Shown here: positions 9,850 through 18,963 of the stretch, piece by piece
How positions within the stretch are numbered: the first letter of the stretch is position 1
Layout of the letters: every line of letters begins with the position of its first letter
From: an uncultured Bdellovibrionales bacterium
GTDB lineage: Bacteria; Patescibacteriota; Minisyncoccia; Moranbacterales; UBA1568
DNA: 58,844 nt
Reading direction: 5' to 3'
NCBI GenBank assembly: GCA_964612055.1
Contig: CAZTBI010000004.1
Location: forward strand, 1-58,844
The notes under the pieces: model-generated
Seen by the model: the letters and a program-made list of their open reading frames with translations, nothing else
What the model was told of the DNA's origin: nothing
Database searches by the model: none
Made by a program: the position numbers and the translations under genes

Positions 9850-10563
9850 TCAATTTTTCTTCACAGCCCAGCCAAAAACCTCACCTACCGCATTGGCAAT
9901 CAAATCAAACAACGAGACAGTTCTGGAACCCGTAAATACCGCATGTGATTCACTCACTTTTTCACCCCCAAAACGATCCCGGCTGGTAATGTCGTAAACG
10001 TAAGTGGAAGCCTGATCCAGCCCTGGAATAATCACACTGTGATTCAGACTGTAATCCTCCTCTTCAATGCTCTTCTTCGCCTGACCCACACCTTTGGAAT
10101 AAGAAACGGTTGACTTTGCCAACTTGTTCGTATGCCAGCTCACTACCAGCTTCACTTCCTGCTTATTTTTTTCAGTAAAGGCCTCTCCCCGAATCGAGCT
10201 CACTTCAAGCGGCTCAGGACTATCCTCACTCAAAAGAAATTCCGCTTCTCCGCCAATAGAAATTTCCCCCACACGAAAGTTTTCACTCTGATAATCCGCG
10301 CCACTCGGAAGATTCTCCTGATTGGATACCGCTGCCGTATCGATATTCTGAATGACTGCCGCATTCCCTACCTCAGAAGGCTGTGAGACATCACCCGTTG
10401 TTTCCACTGGAGTATTTTTTTTGATAAAAAAAACATACCCCCCGACCCCTGAAAGTATCAGGATAAGAGCGAGAGAAAGAATGATATTTTTCCGTCCAAT
10501 TTTTTTGAAGAATCCCGCCTTTTCTTGGGAGACGAATATTCCTGGCATTTCCCCTGCTGCCAT
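9850..10563 (-). CDS. Membrane-anchored fibronectin type III-like protein
   Basis: N-terminal TM helix; VVSWHTNKLAKSTVSY...HSVIIPGLDQASTYVYDITSRD is FN3-like. Confidence 0.65.
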   Translation of the reverse strand: MAAGEMPGIFVSQEKAGFFKKIGRKNIILSLALILILSGVGGYVFFIKKNTPVETTGDVSQPSEVGNAAVIQNIDTAAVSNQENLPSGADYQSENFRVGEISIGGEAEFLLSEDSPEPLEVSSIRGEAFTEKNKQEVKLVVSWHTNKLAKSTVSYSKGVGQAKKSIEEEDYSLNHSVIIPGLDQASTYVYDITSRDRFGGEKVSESHAVFTGSRTVSLFDLIANAVGEVFGWAVKKN

Positions 10564-10783
10564 ATGTAGTTTTTGTCTTTTTCAAGCTAAAATATCGCTC
10601 TTCTTTTTCTTTTTCTAACACCCTAAATATACCACGAAAACACGTTTTTAGAAAGGCAAAAAATGATGGTCTTTTTTCGAGCAAAAAGAACCGAAAAAAA
10701 CTTTGGTTTTATAGGTCAATATTTGTCCAAAATCGTCGAAGCAAGGTATACTGTAGGCGCTAAAGAATCTCAGAAAGAAATCT

Positions 10784-11908
10784 ATGCCTTCCATCCCGAA
10801 AAAAGAACTCCCTCACTGCTATATCGTCATCATGGCTGGTGGTTCCGGCACAAGACTCTGGCCACTTTCACGCAAAGCTATACCAAAACAATTCCAGGCG
10901 TTCACTTCTCCTCAAACCATGATCCAGGAGACCTTTGCTCGGGTCGCCCAAGTCATTCCAAAAGAAAATATCTTTATTTCGACAACCAAAGACTACGCTC
11001 CGCTCGTCAGAAAACAAATTCCAGAAATAGCTGAAGAAAGGCTTATTCTAGAGCCAGAAGCACGAAATACCGCCCCCGCTATCGCTCTGGTAGCGGCCAT
11101 GATTCGGGCTCACGACCCATCAGGCATCGTAGCCACTATCGCCTCCGATCACGCTATTGAGAACGACGCAGAATTCGTCGCCACTCTCCAGGCCGCACTT
11201 GAAACAGTCATCTTAAATCCTGACCAGCTCGTCACGGTCGGTATCAACCCTACTCGTCCTGATACCGGTCTCGGATACATAAAGATGGGGCGAGAATTTT
11301 CTCTCATCAATGAAAAACGGATTTTCGAAGTTGATGCCTTCAAGGAAAAACCAGACCAAAAAACTGCCGAGGACTATGTCGCCAATTGGCAGTATCTGTG
11401 GAATGCTGGATATTTTATTTTCTCCGCAGAGACATTTGCTACCTGGACAGAGACATTCGCGCCCGAGCTTCATGCCATCATGAGTGATATCGGGGAACAG
11501 AAAAAATCTGGTCACCTCGATGAGGCAACGCTTGCGACGTTGTACAAAAAAACAACGAGTGAACCAATCGAACCACTCATCGTTGAAAAACTTTCACCCG
11601 AAAAACGTCTCGTCATTCCAAGTTCTATGAAGTGGAGCGATGTCGGAAATTGGGAAACACTGTATGATTTTTTGAGTGAAAAAACAGGAACAACGCTCGT
11701 GACACGTCACGACAACACTGTCCATGTAGGGAGCAAAAATTGCTTTATTTATGGGGAAAAAAGACTTATCGCGACTCTCGGGATAGAGGATCTCGTTATC
11801 ATTGACACTGATGATGCGCTCTTCGTCGCTCGACGCGATCAGGCCGGAAGTGACATGAAAAAATTGATCGAAAAATTGAAAGAGGAGAGAAAAAATTCGT
11901 ACTTGTAA
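10784..11908 (+). CDS. manC: Mannose-1-phosphate guanylyltransferase
   Basis: IMAGGSGTRLWPLSRKAIPKQF, RNTAPAI, FKEKPD, WNAGYFIF, WSDVGNW. Confidence 0.9.
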   Translation: MPSIPKKELPHCYIVIMAGGSGTRLWPLSRKAIPKQFQAFTSPQTMIQETFARVAQVIPKENIFISTTKDYAPLVRKQIPEIAEERLILEPEARNTAPAIALVAAMIRAHDPSGIVATIASDHAIENDAEFVATLQAALETVILNPDQLVTVGINPTRPDTGLGYIKMGREFSLINEKRIFEVDAFKEKPDQKTAEDYVANWQYLWNAGYFIFSAETFATWTETFAPELHAIMSDIGEQKKSGHLDEATLATLYKKTTSEPIEPLIVEKLSPEKRLVIPSSMKWSDVGNWETLYDFLSEKTGTTLVTRHDNTVHVGSKNCFIYGEKRLIATLGIEDLVIIDTDDALFVARRDQAGSDMKKLIEKLKEERKNSYL

Positions 11909-11909
11909 C

Positions 11910-12845
11910 CTATTCCTCCAAACGACGGAGTAGTCCGTCGAGGTCTTCTGGAGAATAATATTCAATAACCACTTTCCCTCCCTTACCAGAAGGTGCGATT
12001 CTTACTTTTGTTCCCAAAACCTGCGTGAGATGTTCGGTACGCTCCAATATTTCTGGTTGCAAACTGATAGCACTGCGCACATGCGGCTTCACAGCAATGC
12101 TACGTACTTTGAGCTCCGTCTCACGTACCGTTAATTCTTCTTTGATGATGAGATCAAAAACGGCGCGTTGCTTTTCTCCATTTTCAATACTCAGCAATGC
12201 TTTAGCATGCCCTTCACTAATCTTGCCTTCAGAAACAGCACGCTGAATTTCTACCGGGAGACGAAGCAGACGCAATGTATTTGCCACCGCACTCCGACTC
12301 TTTCCCATTTTTTCAGCCACTTTTTCCTGTGGTAAATTAAATTCATCTACCAGGCGAAGGAACGCCTTGGCTTCCTCTATCGGATTCAAGTTATGACGCT
12401 GGATATTTTCAATGATGGCCAGTTCTAACTTTTCTTGCTCCGTGACATCCCGCACGATCACTGGCACTGTCGCCAGTCCAACTCTTTTTGCTGCTTGAAA
12501 GCGCCGTTCACCGGCAATCAGTTCATACTGATCACCTGTTTTCGTCACCACGAGCGGCTGAAGAATACCGTGCTCTTTGATAGAATCTGCCAACTCTTTC
12601 AACTTTTCTTCATCGAAGTGAAGTCGTGGCTGGTGTGGATTCGGCACAATCTTTTCTAATGACACCTCCTCCAGAGTATCCTTGGCTGGAACTGATACCG
12701 CAGAAGGAGCGGCTTCAGGTGCTGAACGCAGAATCGGAGAGATCACGAAAGGCGAAGTACCAGCAATACTGCCACCTTCCTCAGTTTTTTTCTTCGGAGG
12801 AATGAGCGATGCCAACCCTCTTCCTAAACCGTATTGTTGAGACAT
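11910..12845 (-). CDS. parB: ParB/Spo0J partition protein
   Basis: PNPHQPR, GILQPLVV, LIAGERRFQAA, IENIQRHNLNPIEEA; follows parA. Confidence 0.95.
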   Translation of the reverse strand: MSQQYGLGRGLASLIPPKKKTEEGGSIAGTSPFVISPILRSAPEAAPSAVSVPAKDTLEEVSLEKIVPNPHQPRLHFDEEKLKELADSIKEHGILQPLVVTKTGDQYELIAGERRFQAAKRVGLATVPVIVRDVTEQEKLELAIIENIQRHNLNPIEEAKAFLRLVDEFNLPQEKVAEKMGKSRSAVANTLRLLRLPVEIQRAVSEGKISEGHAKALLSIENGEKQRAVFDLIIKEELTVRETELKVRSIAVKPHVRSAISLQPEILERTEHLTQVLGTKVRIAPSGKGGKVVIEYYSPEDLDGLLRRLEE

Positions 12846-12863
12846 AGGCTATGTATTCAAAAA

Positions 12864-13658
12864 TCAGAGTACCTTCAACTTTTTCTTCTCCTCTTCCTCC
12901 CGAGCCAGAAGTTCTCGTACTACCCCTTTGTAAGCACGAGCTCCCTTGGAAAAAGCATCGAAATCAAGAATAGACTTTCCAAAACTTGGAGCTTCAGCGA
13001 GACGTACTGAACGTGGAATGACGTTCTCAAAAACTGGTCCAGGGAAATGAGCTCGCACTTCGGACACCACTTGGCGCGCCAAACGATTTCGCCGATCATA
13101 CAGCGTCAGGAGAGCGCCACCAATCTTCAAATTTGGCTGCAGGTGTTCGCGTACCAGCTCAATAGTTCCCAGAAGTTGACTCAGCCCTTCCAGGGCATAA
13201 TACTCCGTCTGAACAGGAATAACGACCTCATCAGAAGCCACGAGACCATTGATTGTCAGAAGACCGAGCGATGGTGGACTATCAATCAAAACATAATCGT
13301 AGTATGGTCGAACCTGTCGCAAAACTCCGTGCAATCGAAATTCGCGATTCTCAATGTGCACCATTTCAATCTCCGCACCAGCCAAATCCTGAGCCGCGGG
13401 AATAATATGGAGCCCTTCCGTTTCTGTACGAAGAATAATTTCCTGTGCGGGCAAACCAAGAATCATGGCGTGATACAAATTCTTCTCCAAACGACGTGCA
13501 TCAATACCAAGCCCTGATGAAGCATTTCCTTGTGGATCCAAATCAACGAGAAGCACTTTCTTCCCGGCCTCAGCTAAATAACGAGCAACATTAATCGTCG
13601 AAGTAGTTTTCCCTACTCCACCTTTCTGATTTACAAAACCAATAATTTTAGCAGCCAT
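12864..13658 (-). CDS. parA: ParA/Soj ATPase
   Basis: NQKGGVGKTT Walker A, DLDPQGNASSGLG, IDSPPSLG. Start trimmed to MAAKIIGF. Confidence 0.95.
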   Translation of the reverse strand: MAAKIIGFVNQKGGVGKTTSTINVARYLAEAGKKVLLVDLDPQGNASSGLGIDARRLEKNLYHAMILGLPAQEIILRTETEGLHIIPAAQDLAGAEIEMVHIENREFRLHGVLRQVRPYYDYVLIDSPPSLGLLTINGLVASDEVVIPVQTEYYALEGLSQLLGTIELVREHLQPNLKIGGALLTLYDRRNRLARQVVSEVRAHFPGPVFENVIPRSVRLAEAPSFGKSILDFDAFSKGARAYKGVVRELLAREEEEKKKLKVL

Positions 13659-13766
13659 TTTGAAAAAGAGTACGCGGTGGACGACCTTTCTAGTATAGTC
13701 TATTGGAGGACGATTATCAATTTTCTGACAACAAAAAAACAGCATGTTCTGCTGTTTTGCTTTTCA

Positions 13767-13788
13767 AGTGCCGAGGGAGGGACTGAAC
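13767..13788 (-). repeat. Direct repeat of the tRNA-Leu 3' end (att-like duplication)
   Basis: AGTGCCGAGGGAGGGACT at 13767-13784 is identical to 13895-13912, then GAAC versus TGAAC. Confidence 0.85.
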
Positions 13789-13896
13789 AGTCCCGTATTT
13801 CTTCGGGACTCCGAGAACCCCTCAGTTCTCAGCGGACTTTGTCCTGCTCTCTGCAACGGAAAAACTCCCGTTTTTCCGACCCTTTTCCCGTTCCAG

Positions 13897-13979
13897 TGCC
13901 GAGGGAGGGACTTGAACCCTCATGATATTGCTATCGCGGGATTTTGAGTCCCGTGTGTCTACCATTCCACCACCTCGGC
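13897..13979 (-). tRNA. tRNA-Leu(CAA), CCA not encoded
   Basis: GCCGAGG/CCTCGGC acceptor stem, D-loop GGAATGGTAGAC, anticodon loop CT-CAA-AA, long variable arm, T-arm GAGGG-TTCAAGT-CCCTC. Confidence 0.95.
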
Positions 13980-14077
13980 ATATCTTATGCACATTGTATC
14001 ATTCTCCGCCCGTCTCAGAATTTTGCTTTTCTCAAGCCTTAGATACAGGGACATGATAAAGAATCAACGCCTCTTTG

Positions 14078-14914
14078 TCAATCTTCTGAAAGTGCTGCAT
14101 CTGTTACCCGGCTGAGGAGCGTGGCCACTGTTACCGGTCCGACACCACCAGGCACCGGGGAAAGAAAGGCTATTTTCCGCTCTACTTCGTCACGTTTCAC
14201 ATCGCCTTGGACTTTCTCATTCACATGCACATTTCCCCCGTCAATAACAATCGCATCAGAAGCAAGCATGGAAGCGTCGATCAAGTCTGGTATACCGCAA
14301 GCCGTGACGACCACGCGAGCCTCCTTGGTCTTTTGAGCAATAGCCTCCCGGCCCTGCGAACTCAAAACAAAATCAGCGTCGAGTCCCTCGAGCGAAAGAG
14401 CAAACGACAGAACCTTTCCTATCAGTTCGGAATTGACTACAGCGACAGCTTTTTCTCCATGAAAGAGCGTGCCCACGGAACGAAGCAACTCGATGATAGC
14501 CCGCGGAAAGACCGGGCACGATACACTCTCGCCCAAAAGGAAACGCTTCAGTGTCTCTTGATGAAAGCCGTCAGTATCTTTCTTCGAATCGATGTGCGCG
14601 ATGATCTCATCTGTCGGAAATCCGTCGGGGAGCGGGAGTTGGACAATGATACCGTGAATATCTTCTCGATGATTTAGCTGCTCAATGATGTCAAAAATTT
14701 CTTCATGAGCCACCGTCTCTGGGAAAAGATGTTTTTCGAAATAAATCCCTACCTCGTGAGCCCGCGCCTCCTTGAGCCCCACATATTTCTGCGATTCCAG
14801 GTCATCACCGACTAAAATAACAGCCAATCCTGGCCGAACTGAAGCATACTCCACGCGGTTTTTCACCTCTGAGAGTATCCGATCCGCCACTGGCTTCCCG
14901 TACAATAGCGCCAT
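14078..14914 (-). CDS. folD: Methylene-THF dehydrogenase/cyclohydrolase (divergent)
   Basis: GLAVILVG, YVGLK, HGIIVQLPLP, KDTDGFH, PVPGGVGPVTV. Start trimmed to MALLYGK. Confidence 0.9.
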   Translation of the reverse strand: MALLYGKPVADRILSEVKNRVEYASVRPGLAVILVGDDLESQKYVGLKEARAHEVGIYFEKHLFPETVAHEEIFDIIEQLNHREDIHGIIVQLPLPDGFPTDEIIAHIDSKKDTDGFHQETLKRFLLGESVSCPVFPRAIIELLRSVGTLFHGEKAVAVVNSELIGKVLSFALSLEGLDADFVLSSQGREAIAQKTKEARVVVTACGIPDLIDASMLASDAIVIDGGNVHVNEKVQGDVKRDEVERKIAFLSPVPGGVGPVTVATLLSRVTDAALSED

Positions 14915-14927
14915 AAGAAAAACTCTA

Positions 14928-15692
14928 TTACAAAACAAAGAGGAAAAAGAGTGCTGCGAGTATCATGCGATACACTCCAAAGACGACAAAGGTATGCGTC
15001 TCAACAAAACGGAGAAGGAATTTCACGGCCGCAATGGCAACCAGAAAAGAAGTTATGAAACCAACGAGTAAAAGCGAGAGGTTATCCGAAGAAAGCGCAT
15101 CGGCATTCTTCCAGACATCCAGCGTCGTTGCCGCCACCATAGTCGGTACTGCCAAAAGAAAAGAAAACTCCACGATAGCGGTACGCTTCATACCAAGAAA
15201 CAATCCCCCAAGAAGTGTCGCCCCTGCTCGCGAAACCCCTGGAACCACTGAAAGTGTCTGAAACAGCCCTACAAGAAAAGCTGTCTTATACGTCATCGTT
15301 TCAAGTTCTATCGTCGCTTGTTCTTTTTTATACCACCGCTCGAACAAAACCAGAACAAGACCGCCGACAAAGAGCGCCACCACGACCACTAGGCTTGATT
15401 CAAAGAGGTCTTTTATGGCTTTGTAGAAGAGAAAACCAATACCCAGAGCTGGAATAAGCGCAACTACTAATCGTTTCATGATTTCCTGATCAAGAAACAA
15501 TTTTCGCCAGTACAAAAAAACTATAGCTAAAATCGCTCCGAGCTGAATAGCAATCTGAAAGGTCTTCAAAAATTCCGTCTCGGGCAAATGAAGCAGCTCC
15601 GAAGCAAGAATAAGGTGCCCGGTTGATGAAATCGGGAAAAACTCCGTCAATCCCTCAACAATTCCCAGGATAATAGCATCAAAAAAATTCAT
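14928..15692 (-). CDS. uppP: Undecaprenyl-diphosphate phosphatase
   Basis: LGIVEGLTEFFPISSTGH, IQLGAILA, PGVSRAGAT, EFSFLLAVP. Confidence 0.95.
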   Translation of the reverse strand: MNFFDAIILGIVEGLTEFFPISSTGHLILASELLHLPETEFLKTFQIAIQLGAILAIVFLYWRKLFLDQEIMKRLVVALIPALGIGFLFYKAIKDLFESSLVVVVALFVGGLVLVLFERWYKKEQATIELETMTYKTAFLVGLFQTLSVVPGVSRAGATLLGGLFLGMKRTAIVEFSFLLAVPTMVAATTLDVWKNADALSSDNLSLLLVGFITSFLVAIAAVKFLLRFVETHTFVVFGVYRMILAALFFLFVL

Positions 15693-15695
15693 ATT

Positions 15696-16367
15696 TTAGA
15701 AAAGTGTTCCTACCGGCTTAGTATCTGGCATTGGCGCGTGCTCTGTCTTTGTTGACTCGAGAAGTTTTTTACTTCCATGAATATCAGCCAAATATTCCCA
15801 GTTACGAAACTCTGGATATTTCTCAAGCTGTGCTTCGAGCACTTCGATAGTCACTCGCACATCACCCGCTCCCGTATGGGCAGTATTATGTTCTTTGCCA
15901 CAGTACAGCTTGTAGGCAGCAGAAAGATTACGCGCCGCAAACATACTGCGAGCTTCCATCTTATGATACAACACTTTGGCATCGAGCACTTTTTTCTTCG
16001 TAAAATCAAAGTTTTTTCCGACGCTCGCAAACTCACCTTTGAGAAATGACAGGTCGAATCCAGTAATGTTGAATCCACCAACATCTGATCCGTCAAACAT
16101 ATTCCAGAGCTCGTAAGAAAGCTTGGCGAAACTCGGAGCGTCAGCGACATCTTTATCGTAAATGCCATTAATCCGGCTCGCATCCTCAGAAATATGTATA
16201 CCCGGATTGATACGCTGACAATACGCAATCACTTCGCCACTGGGCATTATTTTCTCGTAGGCAAGCTCAATGATCTTGTCCTCACCGATAGAAAGCCCTG
16301 TTGTTTCCAGGTCAAAAATGATGAGGGGCCGATCAAGTGGTAGATAGTCAGAAATGGTAGAACGCAT
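15696..16367 (-). CDS. DEDDh 3'-5' exonuclease (DnaQ-like)
   Basis: FDLETTG, GFNITGFDL, H.GAGDV. Confidence 0.85.
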   Translation of the reverse strand: MRSTISDYLPLDRPLIIFDLETTGLSIGEDKIIELAYEKIMPSGEVIAYCQRINPGIHISEDASRINGIYDKDVADAPSFAKLSYELWNMFDGSDVGGFNITGFDLSFLKGEFASVGKNFDFTKKKVLDAKVLYHKMEARSMFAARNLSAAYKLYCGKEHNTAHTGAGDVRVTIEVLEAQLEKYPEFRNWEYLADIHGSKKLLESTKTEHAPMPDTKPVGTLF

Positions 16368-16414
16368 GGAAGAAATAGCTAAAGAATAGGCTCATCATAG
16401 CACTTTTCCGGAAC

Positions 16415-18244
16415 CTATTCAACCGTCACACTTTTCGCTAAGTTCCGTGGCCGATCCACATCATACCCCAATACCACGCTCATGTGATAAGCAAAAAGTT
16501 GGAGCGGGATAACAGAGAGAATCGGAGTAAGCATCTCCAGTGTTTTTGGGATATAGATCACCGCATCGGCCCGTTTTTCGAGAGCCGTATTTCCTTCAGT
16601 GGTAATAGCCAGTACGGTACCGCCACGCGCCTTAATTTCTTCTAGTCCACTGATGCTTTTCTCATACACACTATCGAGTGGCGCCACAAACACGCAAAGC
16701 GCCTCCTTATCAATAAGTGCAATCGGTCCATGCTTCATCTCACCCGTGGGATAACCTTGTGCTGATACATAAGCAATCTCCTTCACCTTGAGCGCCCCCT
16801 CGAAGGCAATCGGGAAATTATACTTCCGACCCAGATAGAGATAGTTTTTCCGGTTACAGTACTTCTTGGCCAATTTCTTGATAGTTCCTGATTGTTGAAA
16901 TACCCTTTCCATGAGCCCTGGCAGCTTCAGAAGTTCAGCTGCGATACGCTTCCCAGTCACGAGCGACATCCCTCTCCTGCGACCCAAATAAAGCGTCAGG
17001 AGCGATAATACGGCGAGCTGTGACGTGAAGGCCTTGGTCGACGCCACAGAAACTTCTGGACCCGCATGATTGTAGACGCCGGCATCGGTTTCCCGGGCGA
17101 TCGTTGAACCAACCACATTCACAATACCGAGTGACAGCGCTCCCTTACTTTTGGCTTCACGGATTGCGGCGAGCGTATCGGCTGTTTCCCCTGACTGCGA
17201 AAGCGCCAGCACAGCCGTGTGTTTATCAAGGAGCGGTTTCCGATAACGAAACTCCGAGGCAAATTCCACTTCCACTGGAATACCAGCATATTCCTCGAGC
17301 ATGTATTCCCCCACCAACCCGGCATGATAGGAAGTTCCACACGAGACAATTACAATGCGCTTGATACTCTCCAGACGCTTCTCTACTTCGCGTAATCCCC
17401 CGAGACGCGCTGTTCCTTGTTCTATGACTAAACGACCTCGAAGCGCATCAGCGAAGCTCTCCGGCTGTTCAAAAATTTCTTTGAGCATGAAGTGCGGATA
17501 GCCACCGCGGTGTGCTTCCTTTTCTGACCACTCGACATCAGTTTCATTTTTCTCTTGCACCCGGCCACCCGACTTCACCGTATAGTTTTCTCGTGTCAAA
17601 GTCGCCCACTCGCCATCATTTAAGTAGACGACACGCTTGGTATGGGCAAGAATGGCCGAGACATCGGAAGCCACAAAGTATTCGTCTTTCCCAACACCCA
17701 AAAGCAAAGGGCTCCCCATGCGTGCCACGAAAAGTTTCTCTGGCTCCTTGGCGTAGACTACAGCAATACCATACGTCCCTCGCAGATCCTTGAGGGCCTG
17801 AGCAAAAGCTTTTTCAAAACCTTCTTCTTTCTTCAGGTACTCTTCAATCAAATGAGCAATGACTTCTGTATCTGTTTCTGAAGAGAAGCTGTGCCCTTTT
17901 TTCAAAAGTTTTTCTTTGAGCTCAAGGTAGTTTTCAATGATCCCATTATGAACCAGCGCGATCGACTTTGAGCAATCGGTATGAGGGTGAGCATTTTTTT
18001 CCGCTGGTTTTCCGTGCGTCGCCCAGCGAGTATGGGCAATACCAAGAGTGGCTCCGAAATTCAAACTTTCAGTTTTCTTCTCCAGTTCTGCCACTTTCCC
18101 CAAGGCTCGGACCCGTTTCAATTTCCCCTTCTCAAGGAGCGTCACCCCGGCACTGTCATAGCCACGATACTCTAGCCGATGCAGTCCCTCAATCAAGAGA
18201 TCTTTCGCCTGACGCTTTCCAATATAGCCAACAATGCCGCACAT
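16415..18244 (-). CDS. glmS: Glutamine-fructose-6-phosphate transaminase
   Basis: MCGIVG, LEYRGYDSAG, HTRWATHG, RPRNLAKSVTVE. Confidence 0.98.
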   Translation of the reverse strand: MCGIVGYIGKRQAKDLLIEGLHRLEYRGYDSAGVTLLEKGKLKRVRALGKVAELEKKTESLNFGATLGIAHTRWATHGKPAEKNAHPHTDCSKSIALVHNGIIENYLELKEKLLKKGHSFSSETDTEVIAHLIEEYLKKEEGFEKAFAQALKDLRGTYGIAVVYAKEPEKLFVARMGSPLLLGVGKDEYFVASDVSAILAHTKRVVYLNDGEWATLTRENYTVKSGGRVQEKNETDVEWSEKEAHRGGYPHFMLKEIFEQPESFADALRGRLVIEQGTARLGGLREVEKRLESIKRIVIVSCGTSYHAGLVGEYMLEEYAGIPVEVEFASEFRYRKPLLDKHTAVLALSQSGETADTLAAIREAKSKGALSLGIVNVVGSTIARETDAGVYNHAGPEVSVASTKAFTSQLAVLSLLTLYLGRRRGMSLVTGKRIAAELLKLPGLMERVFQQSGTIKKLAKKYCNRKNYLYLGRKYNFPIAFEGALKVKEIAYVSAQGYPTGEMKHGPIALIDKEALCVFVAPLDSVYEKSISGLEEIKARGGTVLAITTEGNTALEKRADAVIYIPKTLEMLTPILSVIPLQLFAYHMSVVLGYDVDRPRNLAKSVTVE

Positions 18245-18440
18245 ATGAACAGGGGTTAGTAGTTAGGGTTTAGAGTTTAGTAAATTTCAGAACCCTTCGC
18301 CTCTATTCTACCACTCTTTTAGGGGACTTGCCCCGCACCCTTTCTAAGGAGAAGCGCTTATTGCTACCCACACAAGCCGCAGGCGGATGCTCCAAAAAAC
18401 CCTGCTTTTGCCTCAAATTTAGCTCAGAAATGGTGCTGGG

Positions 18441-18469
18441 TTGACTTTTCCTCTATTTTGTGCTAAAAT
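18441..18469 (+). promoter_or_regulatory. sigma70 promoter of orphan cassette 1
   Basis: TTGACT-N17-TAAAAT with TGn extension. Confidence 0.75.
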
Positions 18470-18545
18470 AGAACGTTACCAGTGCCTTAACATTTCAACC
18501 CCGTGTCGGATACCCGTCCGGCACACCACCACGAAAGGGTTCACT

Positions 18546-18758
18546 ATGGACCAAAAAATGAACCATCCAGCGAAATGCGCTTTCTACGGCGCCCTGGTCG
18601 TCCTCTCCTTCGGGCTTTTCGGCATCTCCCTGGTCTTCGTGAAGGATTTCACGGCCATCAACTTCGCCAATGTCTTCATGGTCGTTGGCTTGATGAGCTG
18701 TGCCATCTCCACCTTCATGATGATCATGCACGGCTACAAGGCCTTCGGCAGAAATTGA
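18546..18758 (+). CDS. Small 2-TM orphan protein (70 aa)
   Basis: GAAAGGG SD, strongly C-ending codons, two hydrophobic helices. Start MDQKMN. Confidence 0.65.
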   Translation: MDQKMNHPAKCAFYGALVVLSFGLFGISLVFVKDFTAINFANVFMVVGLMSCAISTFMMIMHGYKAFGRN

Positions 18759-18795
18759 CATACCCCCCAACCGCTCTCCGGAGCAAGGAGTTGTC

Positions 18796-18918
18796 ATGAC
18801 CACGGCAAATAATTTCCGAGGTGCTCTCCTGATATGGGTTGGTGGAATGACCGGCGGAAGTCGAACTCAATACCTATCCCGCCCCTGCGCACCGCGCCGG
18901 GGCTTCTTTTTATCCTGA
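18796..18918 (+). CDS. Possible 40-aa ORF or remnant
   Basis: CAAGGAG 5 nt before ATG (MTTANNFRGALLIWVGG...). It runs through the terminator, so doubtful. Confidence 0.25.
   Translation: MTTANNFRGALLIWVGGMTGGSRTQYLSRPCAPRRGFFLS
18881..18911 (+). terminator. Probable terminator of cassette 1
   Basis: GCCCC.GCGC-ACC-GCGC.GGGGC followed by TTCTTTTT. Confidence 0.55.
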
Positions 18919-18932
18919 GCCTGTCGAAGGAT
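18912..18932. repeat. REP-like palindromic unit
   Basis: ATCCTGAGCCTGTCGAAGGAT with inverted ends. Resembles from memory a CCTGAGCnnGTCGAAGG repeat family; not verified. Confidence 0.35.
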
Positions 18933-18963
18933 TCTTGCCCTAAGTTGATCGAAAGGCAGATAC

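Noticed and set aside
11910-13760. parS site or oriC near parAB
   Set aside because: No GTTTCACGTGAAAC palindrome or DnaA-box cluster found by eye.
18245-18440. glmS ribozyme upstream of glmS
   Set aside because: No AGCGCC...GACGAGG core; only a TGn-TAGAAT promoter-like site.
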